From assembly GCA_965203175.1 (NCBI GenBank), contig OZ241867.1:5632001-5696000 (forward strand): a DNA stretch of 64,000 nucleotides, in the 5' to 3' direction. This document shows, one piece after another, positions 48,610 through 57,511 of the stretch. The translations under genes were made by a program, and so were the position numbers. Source of the stretch: Candidatus Latescibacterota bacterium (GTDB taxonomy: Bacteria; Latescibacterota; UBA2968; UBA8231). The first letter of the stretch is position 1. Every line of letters starts with the position of its first letter. A model generated the notes under the pieces. That model saw only the letters and a list, made by a program, of their open reading frames with translations. It was not told the origin of the DNA and did not search any database.

Positions 48610-49770
48610 CTACTCGTAAACCATCTCCCCGGTCTTATGCTCCTCGATCCAATCCCAGTCCACCTCCACACCCAGCCCCGGCCCCTCCGGCACTTCCACG
48701 CAACCATTCTCATCCACTGAATCCAACTCGTCGAGCCAGCGCCTCTCGCTGTAGACCGCCGGCTTGGTATCGTTGACCAGAGGATGCACCAAGCCCAACT
48801 CGTAATAATTGGCATTGCGCAAGGTCGCCATGATGTGGCGGTGCGCCAGACTGCCGCCGTGCAACTCCACGTCCAGCCCGTGCGACTCGGCCATAGCGGC
48901 GATCTTCATCACCCCGGTAATGCCGCCATCGGCGCTGCTATTGGCGCGCACGAAGTCGGTAGCACCGGCGGTAATCGTATCGGCCTTGGCCTCCAGCCCG
49001 CGCACGTGTTCGCCCATCAGCATCGGCGTCTTGATCAGCTCGCGCAACTTGACGTGGGCAAAGCGCGAAAACCCGCCGCCCCTGAACGGATCTTCATACC
49101 ACATATAACGCGCCTCGTCGCAGGCGCGACCCACCTTGAGCACATCCTCGAATGTGGGAAAACACCCGGCCGGATCGAGTAACAGATCCATATCGTCGCC
49201 CACCGCTTCGCGAATGGCTAATACTGCCGCCACCTCGCGGTCGATCGGCCCGTTGACCCAGCCGTGGATCTTAAACGCCGGATAGCCGTATTGCTCCTTG
49301 CAGCGCAACGCAAACTGCGCGAAGTCGTCCGGCGTCGTCAAACCGCCGTTTTCGTCGCCGTGGTAGGTCGAAGCGTAGGCCGGCAACTTCTTGCGCCAAC
49401 CCCCGCCCAAAAGCTCGTAAATCGGCGCGTCGTAGAGCTTGCCAGCAAAATCCCATAGCGCGGTGTCCACCGCGCCCGGTGGCGTGCCGTCCTGGCCGCG
49501 CCGCGAGCGCTTGAGATCGTGCCAGATGATCTCGCGGTCCAGCGGGTTGCGGCCGAGCAAGTACTGCGCCGTGCGGGCGTCGATGCCGTTGGGCGCGATG
49601 CCGCTGATCCCGGCGCTGGTCTCGATGGTCAGGAAGCCGCCACTCTGAGACAGACGGCCTCCTTTTCTATAGACCGTGTCAAAGCCCAATTGCTCCTCCA
49701 ACTCCATATCGGCGATCTCGTAGTCAAAATGCGTCGTAGTGATGCGGGTGATCTTGATATCTCGTGCCAT
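48610..49770 (-). CDS. Mandelate racemase/muconate lactonizing enzyme (enolase superfamily), probable acid-sugar dehydratase
   Basis: 'VDTALWD..GK...PIYELLGG', 'AYAS', 'FKIH', 'LLLD', 'WYEDP', 'GE', 'PEGPGLGV'. Confidence 0.9.
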   Translation of the reverse strand: MARDIKITRITTTHFDYEIADMELEEQLGFDTVYRKGGRLSQSGGFLTIETSAGISGIAPNGIDARTAQYLLGRNPLDREIIWHDLKRSRRGQDGTPPGAVDTALWDFAGKLYDAPIYELLGGGWRKKLPAYASTYHGDENGGLTTPDDFAQFALRCKEQYGYPAFKIHGWVNGPIDREVAAVLAIREAVGDDMDLLLDPAGCFPTFEDVLKVGRACDEARYMWYEDPFRGGGFSRFAHVKLRELIKTPMLMGEHVRGLEAKADTITAGATDFVRANSSADGGITGVMKIAAMAESHGLDVELHGGSLAHRHIMATLRNANYYELGLVHPLVNDTKPAVYSERRWLDELDSVDENGCVEVPEGPGLGVEVDWDWIEEHKTGEMVYE

Positions 49771-49808
49771 CGCCAGCTCCTCTATTTTTGTGAAATCTCG
49801 TCTCAGTC

Positions 49809-51257
49809 CTAATCTTCATCTGCCGCCAGCGGCCCCACCGCACCCAAACGCAGCGCGGGATAGAGCGTTTCAAAAAGCGGCGTGTCGCCCGTATCGCGGG
49901 CATAGCGCCAATAGAGCCGCGTCATTTTTTTGACCTGCTCGTCATAGGCGGGTTCCTGCGCCAGGTTCTTCATTTCATAGGGGTCTTCGTCTAGCTGGTA
50001 CAACTCGTCAAAATCAAAGCCGTTAAACACAAACTTCCACGGGCCGTCCCACACCACCCGCTGCGTCAACCGGTGGCGGTTGCCAAAGTATTCGGCATAA
50101 CCTCGGGTCCATTCGTCGGCGACATGAGCCGGTTCGCGCGACAGCTCCACAAAAGAGCGGGAGTCGGTCCCATCAATAGGCTCGCAGTCGGTCAGTTCCA
50201 ACAACGTCGGGCACAGATCGTGCAAGCCGACTCGACCCTGGCAAACAGCGTCCTTGGCAATCCCAGGCCCACGCACAATAAGCGGCACCTGATACACTTC
50301 TTCGAACGCGGAAATATCCTTGAAGAACAGCCCGTGCGCACCCAATAAATCCCCGTGGTCGGCGCACATTACAACGATCGTGTCGTCGAGTTTGCCCATC
50401 CCTTCGAGAAAGTCGATCACCCGCCCGAATTGGGCATCTATTTCGCTAATCGACGCGAAATAACACGCCCGCGCTGTATGCTTGTGCTCTTCGTTGAGCT
50501 GACTCCAAATGCCCTGCGCCCGCCGATAAAGCCCCGGCCGGTCCGCCAGATCATCATCGGCATTGGGCGGCGGTGGCAGCGCTTGCTCTGCATAGCGGTC
50601 GTAGAATTCGCGACTGGCTATAAAGGGATCGTGCGGCTCCTCAAAGCTGACAAAAGCACACCACGGAGCGTCGCCTTGTACCACTTCCTCCAGATAGCGC
50701 AGCGCCAGCGTCGTCGTCAGCCCCATGCTGCGCTCTTCGGCAGGCCGGTCGGTCACCCCGTAGAACAGATGGGGGCCATAGCCGTGCGGCGCTTCGAGGT
50801 AATGCGCTGGATCGCACTCCGGCCGCAGCGGCTTACCTCCCAGCACCTCGGCGACCAACTCATTGTGGAGCGCACCGCCTCTGACTCCGTTGACCTGCCA
50901 GCCGAAACGGCCCGGCGCATTATCGCGCTCGATGTGCCACTTGCCGAAATACCCCGTGCGATAGCCAGCGTCCACCATGCGCTCGGCCCAATGCACTTTA
51001 TCAGTGCGCAGCGCATGTAAATCCGGCACCTTGGGATAGAGCACCTCCAAGACCCCGTGGTTGTGCGGCATCAGCCCGGTCATCAGACTCGCCCGGGTCG
51101 GCGAGCAAATATTATTGGGCGTATAGGCGCGGGTAAAACGCACGCCCTCCCCGGCCAGCCGATCCAAATAAGGAGTTTGACAGACGTGATCTGGATCGAG
51201 CACGCGAGCCTGCATCTGGTCGGCCATCAAAAAAAGAATATTGGGTCTATTGCTCAC
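49809..51257 (-). CDS. Sulfatase (Cys-type, S1)
   Basis: 'RPNILFLMADQ', 'CSPTRASLMTG', 'GKWH', 'ADHGD', 'ELY.L..DP.E..NL'; no signal peptide. Confidence 0.92.
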   Translation of the reverse strand: MSNRPNILFLMADQMQARVLDPDHVCQTPYLDRLAGEGVRFTRAYTPNNICSPTRASLMTGLMPHNHGVLEVLYPKVPDLHALRTDKVHWAERMVDAGYRTGYFGKWHIERDNAPGRFGWQVNGVRGGALHNELVAEVLGGKPLRPECDPAHYLEAPHGYGPHLFYGVTDRPAEERSMGLTTTLALRYLEEVVQGDAPWCAFVSFEEPHDPFIASREFYDRYAEQALPPPPNADDDLADRPGLYRRAQGIWSQLNEEHKHTARACYFASISEIDAQFGRVIDFLEGMGKLDDTIVVMCADHGDLLGAHGLFFKDISAFEEVYQVPLIVRGPGIAKDAVCQGRVGLHDLCPTLLELTDCEPIDGTDSRSFVELSREPAHVADEWTRGYAEYFGNRHRLTQRVVWDGPWKFVFNGFDFDELYQLDEDPYEMKNLAQEPAYDEQVKKMTRLYWRYARDTGDTPLFETLYPALRLGAVGPLAADED

Positions 51258-51258
51258 G

Positions 51259-52731
51259 TTATTTGTTCCACTGTTCGACGAAGGTAGCGGCCAGCACGCA
51301 CGCTAACCCCGGCCCCAAACGTCCCGCCAAATAGCCGGCAATCTCCGCCTCCGTTTTGCCGTCAAAAAGTTCCTTTAATCTCCGATCCTGTGCGGCAAAT
51401 GCATCGCGGGTAATCTGTTCTGTATCCACCAGCCCATTTAAAATCCCGCGCAATTCGCTCAATACATCTTGCGCATCCGGATCCTGCACCCGATTGTGAA
51501 ACTCACCCGGATCTTCTTTCACATTAAACAGCAAATCATCATACCATGTAAAATGAATGTATTTCCAATCACCCTTTCGAATCAGAAACGATCCCGTGCA
51601 ATTCCCCTCCGAATGTGATTCTGTATACGTCCATCCTGGATGTTCACTCGCCGATCCCTCGATCAAGGGCAACAGGGAATGCCCGCGCAGTTCCGGTGCG
51701 AGAACCCCCGCCAGATCCAGCAGTGTCGCCACCAGATCCACATGCGCCATCGGCGTATCGACAACTGCCCCCTGCGGCAGACCCGGCCCGGCCATCACCA
51801 GCGGTACGTGTGCCGCATTTTCATACAAATTGTTTTTATACCACATGCCGTGTTCGCCCAGCGCCTCACCGTGATCCGAGGTATAAATGAAAATGGTATT
51901 TTGCAATTGTCCGGTCGCCTCCAAGGCATCCCACACCTGACCGATATATTCATCCAGTTCTGCAATCATCCCGTAATATCCCATTCGCGCCCGACGGATG
52001 CGATCTTCAGAAATCGGTGAAGCGACCCGTTTAAAATGCCGCATCGCCTGATACACTAGATGTAATTCTTCCAGATCATTTGCTCGGATATCCGGCAAAT
52101 CCATGTCCACTTCGGCATACATATCCCAGTATTTCTGCAAGGCGACAAATTTCGGATGAGGTTCACTCAATCCCAGGTAAAACAGCCAAGGCGTCTCCAG
52201 ATCAAGCGATTCGCCCCGGATAAAATCCAGGGCTACATCCGTCTTCTTGGCATCCTCGTGCCGCTCATTGCGCGGTGCACCGTCTACTCCCTCGCGCTCA
52301 CCTATGCGATAACACGGTGGTCGGCGAAAAAGGGACGTGATGTCCGGCCGCCTGCAGTGCCCGTTGATCACGTCGATTTCTTTAAACCCGCGCGGAAAAT
52401 CATCGTGCAAATCAAACTTCCCGGTGGCCCGGCAATCGTATCCCACCTCACTCAATCGCGTGCCCCAGGTCGGATGGCTGCCGTCCCACACCGTCGAATT
52501 GCAATAAGACCCCACATCCGACGGATACATGCCGGTCATCAAAGAGGCCCGGCTGGGCGCACACACCGGGCTGCCGCAATACGTATTGGTAAAGACCACC
52601 CCATGCTCTGCAATGCGATCCATATTGGGTGTCTTCACAATGGGATGCCCCGCATAACCCGCGTAGCGAAACGCGTGCTGATCGGAACAGATAAAAACGA
52701 TATTCGGTCGTGCCCCAGACAACGCAGCCAT
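51259..52731 (-). CDS. Sulfatase (choline-sulfatase-like, S1)
   Basis: 'RPNIVFICSDQH', 'CAPSRASLMTG', 'SDHGE.LGEHG.W.K'; SD AAGGAG before ATG 52731. Confidence 0.92.
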   Translation of the reverse strand: MAALSGARPNIVFICSDQHAFRYAGYAGHPIVKTPNMDRIAEHGVVFTNTYCGSPVCAPSRASLMTGMYPSDVGSYCNSTVWDGSHPTWGTRLSEVGYDCRATGKFDLHDDFPRGFKEIDVINGHCRRPDITSLFRRPPCYRIGEREGVDGAPRNERHEDAKKTDVALDFIRGESLDLETPWLFYLGLSEPHPKFVALQKYWDMYAEVDMDLPDIRANDLEELHLVYQAMRHFKRVASPISEDRIRRARMGYYGMIAELDEYIGQVWDALEATGQLQNTIFIYTSDHGEALGEHGMWYKNNLYENAAHVPLVMAGPGLPQGAVVDTPMAHVDLVATLLDLAGVLAPELRGHSLLPLIEGSASEHPGWTYTESHSEGNCTGSFLIRKGDWKYIHFTWYDDLLFNVKEDPGEFHNRVQDPDAQDVLSELRGILNGLVDTEQITRDAFAAQDRRLKELFDGKTEAEIAGYLAGRLGPGLACVLAATFVEQWNK

Positions 52732-52753
52732 CAAAACACTCCTTCCGTGCACA

Positions 52754-52843
52754 TTAATAAAACGTGATCCGGGTCCCCGGCCTTCCCAAAAACCCGTCCA
52801 CTAGGAGCCAGAAGCCGCCGGCGATGAAGTGACCCAAGGTGAG
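52754..52843 (-). pseudogene. 3' remnant resembling the last TM helix of a DUF6785/DUF6784-type transporter
   Basis: Reads LTLGHFIAGGFWLLVDGFLGRPGTRITFY*; aligns with the 25651 C-terminus (GLAIGYVVGVIFSMIVDLIW); in-frame TAG just upstream and no start codon. Confidence 0.45.
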
Positions 52844-52928
52844 CCTCTATAAAAACAAAGATTTACCTATGGCTGCGCCGTGACTGGCTTGCGTTTTTTC
52901 CGCGGCTGTCAGATATGGACCGCAGCCT

Positions 52929-55568
52929 TCAATAGGCCACTGCCACCGTGCGCAACACCTTGGTCCTCTCCTCGCTCAATCCCCCGGCGTCAACGGCCAC
53001 TCGGAGCAACGCGCAATAGACGCCCGGCGGAACGCGCGCACCCTGCTCGTCTGTGCCGTCCCAAGCGATCTCGTACTGGCCAGTAGTCGTCGAGTGTTGC
53101 TCGGCGAGCTGGCGCATCAGCCGGCCGCTCAAATCGTAGATGGCGACCTCCAGCGGGCCATCGTCGTCCAGACGCACGACCTTGAAGGCGAAGATCGCGT
53201 GGTCGTTGACGCCATCGCCATTGGGCGTAAACGCCGGCGGGCGCACCTCTACGTCGAGCAACAGTTCCCCACGCGTCGGGTCGCCCACCAGCGTCGTTGT
53301 ATTGCCCGCCACCTCGTCGAGCGCGTTGCCCGGATCCACCCGCTGCCAAGTGCCCTCGCCCCTAGCGCTGTGTTGGAACGAGGCACGCATCACCGCACCC
53401 ATGCCAAAAAGCGCGGTGCGAAAGTCGAGGCGCACGACCTCAACGTCCGTGTTGGGCCTAATCTCGGCAAAGGATAGGCGCAAGCTGTCCGCGCTCGTGG
53501 GGATGACCTCGACGCCCTCCATCTCGCGCTCCTCCCCGGCTGGCCCCGCGTACAGCCCCGCAAAACCGAGCGCCATATCCGCCGGTGCGACCAGCAGCAA
53601 CTGGTCAAAGCCAGGGTCGCGCCGGTTGAATTCCGGTCGCACGTACAGGGAAAAGGGACTCTCCACACCCAGCGAATCGACCCTGAACGGCGCAATCTCG
53701 CCCGTCAACCCTTGGGCCACCGGACTGGTAAAATTGAGGCGAATCGCGCGCAACGCGGCGCTAACGTCTGGGTCCGCTGAAAGCATGGTCGCCCGCACCT
53801 TGAGGAACTCGCGCGGGCTAGGCGAGGTAATCGCGCTGCCCGCTGGGGTCTCGTAAGGCTGGCTCCAGCCGCTCCAGTCGTCCCCTTCCACCTCCTCGGC
53901 GACAATCGGCCCCTTGAAGATGTCCAACAGCGTCGGATTGTTGTATTCCTTCTCGGAAATTTCCGTGCCGTCCTTTTTGAAATAGTGCAGCACCTCGCTC
54001 AGCTCGTTGCCCGTGCGCGTCTGCACCAGCACGCTGGTGCCCGGCGGCGTATCGGCATCCCATTCTATCGACAGCAGGTTCCGCCGCCCGCCCAGCCGCA
54101 CTAAGCCCGATTCAAGCCAGACCTCGGGCTGGAGCCCCTGGCCGTAGAGCTGCACCGAAGCGGGAAATCCCCGGTGGCCACCAACGGCTACGATGATTTG
54201 CTCCCACACTAGGCGGAAAAAGCGCGTCTTGATCAGTTCAAAGTCGTGGCCCTCATACTCCTTGCGCGTACTCGACTGCTGGCGGCTGGCCACGGTCGTC
54301 CACTTGAGGCTACCGTCGGCGTTGAGCGCGCCGTCCGAGGCGTCGAGGCGGTAGGAGGGAAAGCTGAAGCGATCGCGGAGCGCTTGACCGCCGTAGGCAA
54401 TGCGGAAGGTATCGATCCAGTACGTCGAACCTAGGTCAAAGCTTATATGGCCTTCAGGGCCGGGAATGGTTTGGCGGTCGAAGGAGAAGATCAGATCCAC
54501 GTAGGTCTGCACGTTGCCATCGATGGTCCGCCCCACCGGCAGCCCTTGAGAGGCAAACACATCGCCGCCCCGGGCCAAGGCGGCAATCATCGCGTCGTCG
54601 CCCTCGTGCCAAACTTCGAGTTCGGCCAGCCGAGGCCGCTCCCAGCGGTAGTAGGAGATTCCGCCCTGCTGGTCGGCGGGTAGTTGCACATAGTCCGCCT
54701 CATCAACCTCGGTCAGCCGCCCGTCGCGCTGCAACTTGTAATAGACGACTGCGCCTCGCTCGGCCGCCGGCAACGCCTCGTACTCCACCTCGCTGACCTC
54801 AAAACCGCGGTCGAAGTCCGACCCCCGCACCACCACCTGCACCAAACGCACTCCGGTGCCGGCGAATTCTTTCTGCGTCACCGAGATCGCCGAAGTCGGC
54901 GGGGCGTTGATCGGCTGATCCGATAGTTCCCGCTCCTCGGCCTCTGCGCTCTCGCCGAGAGAAATTTCCAGCAGCCGCTCGGTCTTGTTCGGCTTCAACG
55001 TGCGCCACACCACATCGAACTCCGGCTCTTCCGAAGAGATGAACTTCTCCGGCACCTCGCCGTCGGAAATCAGCACGTCGTATTGCAGGAAGGGATCGCC
55101 TAGACCTTCCTCGACGAACTTGAGCACAATGCGCTTGGCGATTACCAGCCGACCCAGATCTACTGTAAACCACCACTGCGCCCCCAACTCGGTAGCATCC
55201 ACGACCGGATCAGGCTCCCAGTAGGTGGTCAAGTCCCCGTCAAGCACATGGAGCACGTCGGGCGCGTTGGAACCCGCTTCTATAGCATCTGCAAGCTCGA
55301 TTTCCTCGGCCGCCTTCTCCCGCGCGAGGTCTTCGGGCGGGTGCAGGCGCAAGAAGTGGACGATGTCCTTGGTGGCGTCCGTATTGCGGCGCAGTTCAAA
55401 CGGCGTCACCGTACCGCTTTGATCAATCGTCAGAGTACCCACCGGAAACTCCCAAGCGCGCCAGTGCGCAGCGCGGTCAATGACGAGCTGATCCGCGGTG
55501 AGCCGGTAACCACCCCCTTGGGCATGGACCGCAGCTACCCACAGCAAAACGACGGCGATGTAGCGCAT
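52929..55568 (-). CDS. Family B3: secreted discoidin/Ig protein with FlgD/CHU_C-like CTD
   Basis: SD GAGGAG before ATG 55568; signal VHA|Q; 'LDGD..TYW..VDLG'; 'WDADTPPGT..QTRTG'; 'WSGWS'; 'SPSPREFL'; 'PPAFTPNGDGVND..WDGTD..G..VPPGVY..VAVAY*'. Confidence 0.8.
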   Translation of the reverse strand: MRYIAVVLLWVAAVHAQGGGYRLTADQLVIDRAAHWRAWEFPVGTLTIDQSGTVTPFELRRNTDATKDIVHFLRLHPPEDLAREKAAEEIELADAIEAGSNAPDVLHVLDGDLTTYWEPDPVVDATELGAQWWFTVDLGRLVIAKRIVLKFVEEGLGDPFLQYDVLISDGEVPEKFISSEEPEFDVVWRTLKPNKTERLLEISLGESAEAEERELSDQPINAPPTSAISVTQKEFAGTGVRLVQVVVRGSDFDRGFEVSEVEYEALPAAERGAVVYYKLQRDGRLTEVDEADYVQLPADQQGGISYYRWERPRLAELEVWHEGDDAMIAALARGGDVFASQGLPVGRTIDGNVQTYVDLIFSFDRQTIPGPEGHISFDLGSTYWIDTFRIAYGGQALRDRFSFPSYRLDASDGALNADGSLKWTTVASRQQSSTRKEYEGHDFELIKTRFFRLVWEQIIVAVGGHRGFPASVQLYGQGLQPEVWLESGLVRLGGRRNLLSIEWDADTPPGTSVLVQTRTGNELSEVLHYFKKDGTEISEKEYNNPTLLDIFKGPIVAEEVEGDDWSGWSQPYETPAGSAITSPSPREFLKVRATMLSADPDVSAALRAIRLNFTSPVAQGLTGEIAPFRVDSLGVESPFSLYVRPEFNRRDPGFDQLLLVAPADMALGFAGLYAGPAGEEREMEGVEVIPTSADSLRLSFAEIRPNTDVEVVRLDFRTALFGMGAVMRASFQHSARGEGTWQRVDPGNALDEVAGNTTTLVGDPTRGELLLDVEVRPPAFTPNGDGVNDHAIFAFKVVRLDDDGPLEVAIYDLSGRLMRQLAEQHSTTTGQYEIAWDGTDEQGARVPPGVYCALLRVAVDAGGLSEERTKVLRTVAVAY

Positions 55569-55581
55569 AAGTCTTCTCCTC

Positions 55582-57498
55582 TTAGTACGCCAGCGAGACG
55601 ATGCGCGAGCGGGCCTTGGTGCCACCGTCGGTTTCCACTTCGAGACGCAGGACATACAGCCCAGGATTGAGTAAAGCACCCGTTCCGTCCCGACCATCCC
55701 ACTCTGCGGCAAACTGGCCGCTCTGCGCCGGACCGCGAAAAACCTCGCCGACCCGCGTCCCCCGCAAATCGTAGAGCACCACCGCTACCTCGGCATTTCC
55801 CGTCACATTCAATAGTTCGTATTCAATCCGCACTGCGTCGTTGATCTGGTCTCCGTTGGGCGTGAACGCCGCTGGCAAGAGTCTGAGCGCACCGACCACC
55901 TGCCCGGCGATATGGGTCAGCCCCACGCTCAGCGTATTGCCCTCGACCAACTCAACCACTTCGCCCGGCGTCACCACTTGGCGCACCTCCTGCGGTCGAG
56001 TGCTATCGTACACGCGGCCCGAGAACAAGGTCCCAAACTTGAACACCTCGCAGCGAAAAACCACCTCTATCAGCTCCCCATCGCGCGCTTGGTCTATCCG
56101 CGGAACGCCGACCTCAAAGCCGCGCTCATCGAGCCGCCGCACCTCAAAGGCAACCTCTTCGCCGCTGTAGCGCACTGCGTCAATGCCCTCCGCCTGAGTC
56201 GGTGTGTCAATCTCAATGGTGTCGAAACCCAAGTCCTCCGCTTCTAGTCGCGGCAGCAGCATGTAGGTAAACTCCGTCGCCACACCCGTGGTCGCCAAGA
56301 CGGGCGCAATCTCGGCCAGAACCAAGGAGGCCATCGGCGGCCTAGACACGGCAAACTGCACGAAGTTCAGCCGTCCCCCTGCCTCTACTGTGGAATGGAA
56401 GTTGGCCCTGATCTGCACGAACTGACGAGGTTGCGTCCCCTGCATCGGAGCACCGCCCAACGCCAGGTCATAGGCCGCACTCCAGCCCTCCCAGTTTTCA
56501 GTGTCGGGCGTGATACCGGCCTGCTGGGCTCTCTCCAGCCGATTGTACGACCGCAGCGTCAAAGGCCGCCCCCGGGTATTCAGCCGAGTCCGCTCATCGC
56601 CGCGGAACGTGTGGCGCCAATAGGTATTCGGATCGCTGTCGTCGCCAGCGCGCATACTTAGCTCGATTTGCGCACCGGGATCGACCTGGCTGCCCCAACT
56701 TAGTTCGCCCAGCGCCGCGCGCCCACCTAAATCGAGGACATTGGACACGTAGCGCGCCGTCGGTGTAAAGCCCTTGCCGTATATCTCAAACTCGGCGATT
56801 TCCCAGATGCCTTGAGTGTTTTCGTGCGCTTCAAAGAGCATGCGGCGAATCGGCACCGGAGGCAGTTCCAATTCGACCACCGAAGTCGTGTTCTCGCTAG
56901 CCCGATGCACGATGTCGAAGTCAAATAAGGAACCGCGCGTACCCGCAGTATACTCGCGCGTGCCTTCCTTGAGCGGATCGCCGTCGCTGGTGCCGATGAT
57001 AAAGCGCTGTAGAAAGCGCTCTTCCTCAAAGCGCTCGCGTGGATAGAACTTGACGCGCTCGACCGTGAAGTTGCCCCCGAACTCGAAAATCAGGCTCTTG
57101 TTCCGCACACCAATGCCCGAGGTCGTCCAATGTCCGTCGCCCAAGAAGACGGTCTCGACGTCTTCGTCCCACAACACGGCCTCGGTATCGCCGCTTCGCT
57201 CCCAACCTCGCCAGACCAGCGTCTGCACTCGCCCTCCGCGTTCTTTGAGGCGCGGCGTCAGGTTTACCGACGGATCCAGTTGCTCCGGCTCAACAAAGTC
57301 CGCATCGATCTTCAGCAATTCGATTTGGCCGTGCTGCGCCGATTCCACTCCCTCCCAATCGAGCTGCACAAACTCCACTCCCTCGGCCAACTCCGGCACC
57401 GGCAGCGACGAACCGCCAATCCGATAAATCGTCAGCGCGTCTGCCCCGCTAGTCAGCCAAGCGAGCATCAGCACAAGTCGGATACAGGTCTTTAGCAT
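55582..57498 (-). CDS. Family B4: secreted protein with FlgD/CHU_C-like CTD
   Basis: Signal ADA|L; 'YVSNVLDLG', 'WEGWS', 'QPRQFVQ', 'PAAFTPNGDQIND..WDGRD..G..NPGLY..VSLAY*'. Confidence 0.8.
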   Translation of the reverse strand: MLKTCIRLVLMLAWLTSGADALTIYRIGGSSLPVPELAEGVEFVQLDWEGVESAQHGQIELLKIDADFVEPEQLDPSVNLTPRLKERGGRVQTLVWRGWERSGDTEAVLWDEDVETVFLGDGHWTTSGIGVRNKSLIFEFGGNFTVERVKFYPRERFEEERFLQRFIIGTSDGDPLKEGTREYTAGTRGSLFDFDIVHRASENTTSVVELELPPVPIRRMLFEAHENTQGIWEIAEFEIYGKGFTPTARYVSNVLDLGGRAALGELSWGSQVDPGAQIELSMRAGDDSDPNTYWRHTFRGDERTRLNTRGRPLTLRSYNRLERAQQAGITPDTENWEGWSAAYDLALGGAPMQGTQPRQFVQIRANFHSTVEAGGRLNFVQFAVSRPPMASLVLAEIAPVLATTGVATEFTYMLLPRLEAEDLGFDTIEIDTPTQAEGIDAVRYSGEEVAFEVRRLDERGFEVGVPRIDQARDGELIEVVFRCEVFKFGTLFSGRVYDSTRPQEVRQVVTPGEVVELVEGNTLSVGLTHIAGQVVGALRLLPAAFTPNGDQINDAVRIEYELLNVTGNAEVAVVLYDLRGTRVGEVFRGPAQSGQFAAEWDGRDGTGALLNPGLYVLRLEVETDGGTKARSRIVSLAY

Positions 57499-57511
57499 AC
57501 TGTTGCCTACC

